A stretch of DNA of 64,000 nucleotides from Styela clava (lineage: Eukaryota). The notes below the pieces were generated by a model, which searched no databases, was not told the DNA's origin, and saw only the letters and a list, made by a program, of their open reading frames with translations. The first letter of the stretch is position 1, and the number at the start of each line of letters is the position of its first letter. The stretch covers positions 8,680,001-8,744,000 of the forward strand of contig NC_135261.1 of NCBI RefSeq assembly GCF_964204865.1, given 5' to 3'. The position numbers and the translations under genes are program-made. Below, in pieces: positions 63,927 through 64,000 of this stretch.

Positions 63927-64000
63927 CTGTTTTCAAAAAAAAAATTCATTTTTCTGACTAGAATATTATGCCAATTTTGATAAAAAAGTTTATTCAAAAT

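Overview
AT-rich eukaryotic genomic DNA, probably from an invertebrate animal (inferred from short GT-AG introns and many DNA-transposon MITEs). The ORF track shows only short, mostly spurious ORFs because the genes are spliced. The minus strand carries a head-to-tail tandem array of at least 12 paralogous genes (here A-L) with six coding exons, typically 120/134/74/69/81/152-158 nt, and intron phases 0,2,1,1,1. They encode secreted proteins of about 204-211 aa. By manual motif alignment these look like divergent ApoD-type lipocalins: N-terminal C-x-IPEDNEDIDW-x-x-(F)-x-x-x-WY, N-F-T sequon, SD-E-[EK]-NY-x5-C, and a C-terminal helix followed by GI-x-V. Seven copies are complete and open (B, E, F, G, I, J, K), two run off the window (A, L), two are frameshifted (C, D) and one is truncated (H); orphan exons also occur. 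Two subfamilies with different signal exons and promoters are interleaved, several copies are chimeric, and predicted barrel strands are highly variable. Introns and spacers hold hAT, Tc1/mariner/pogo, piggyBac and MULE-like elements (one four-level nest), decayed LINE RT fragments, apparent excision footprints and segmental duplications. All homology calls are by eye; no database search was run.
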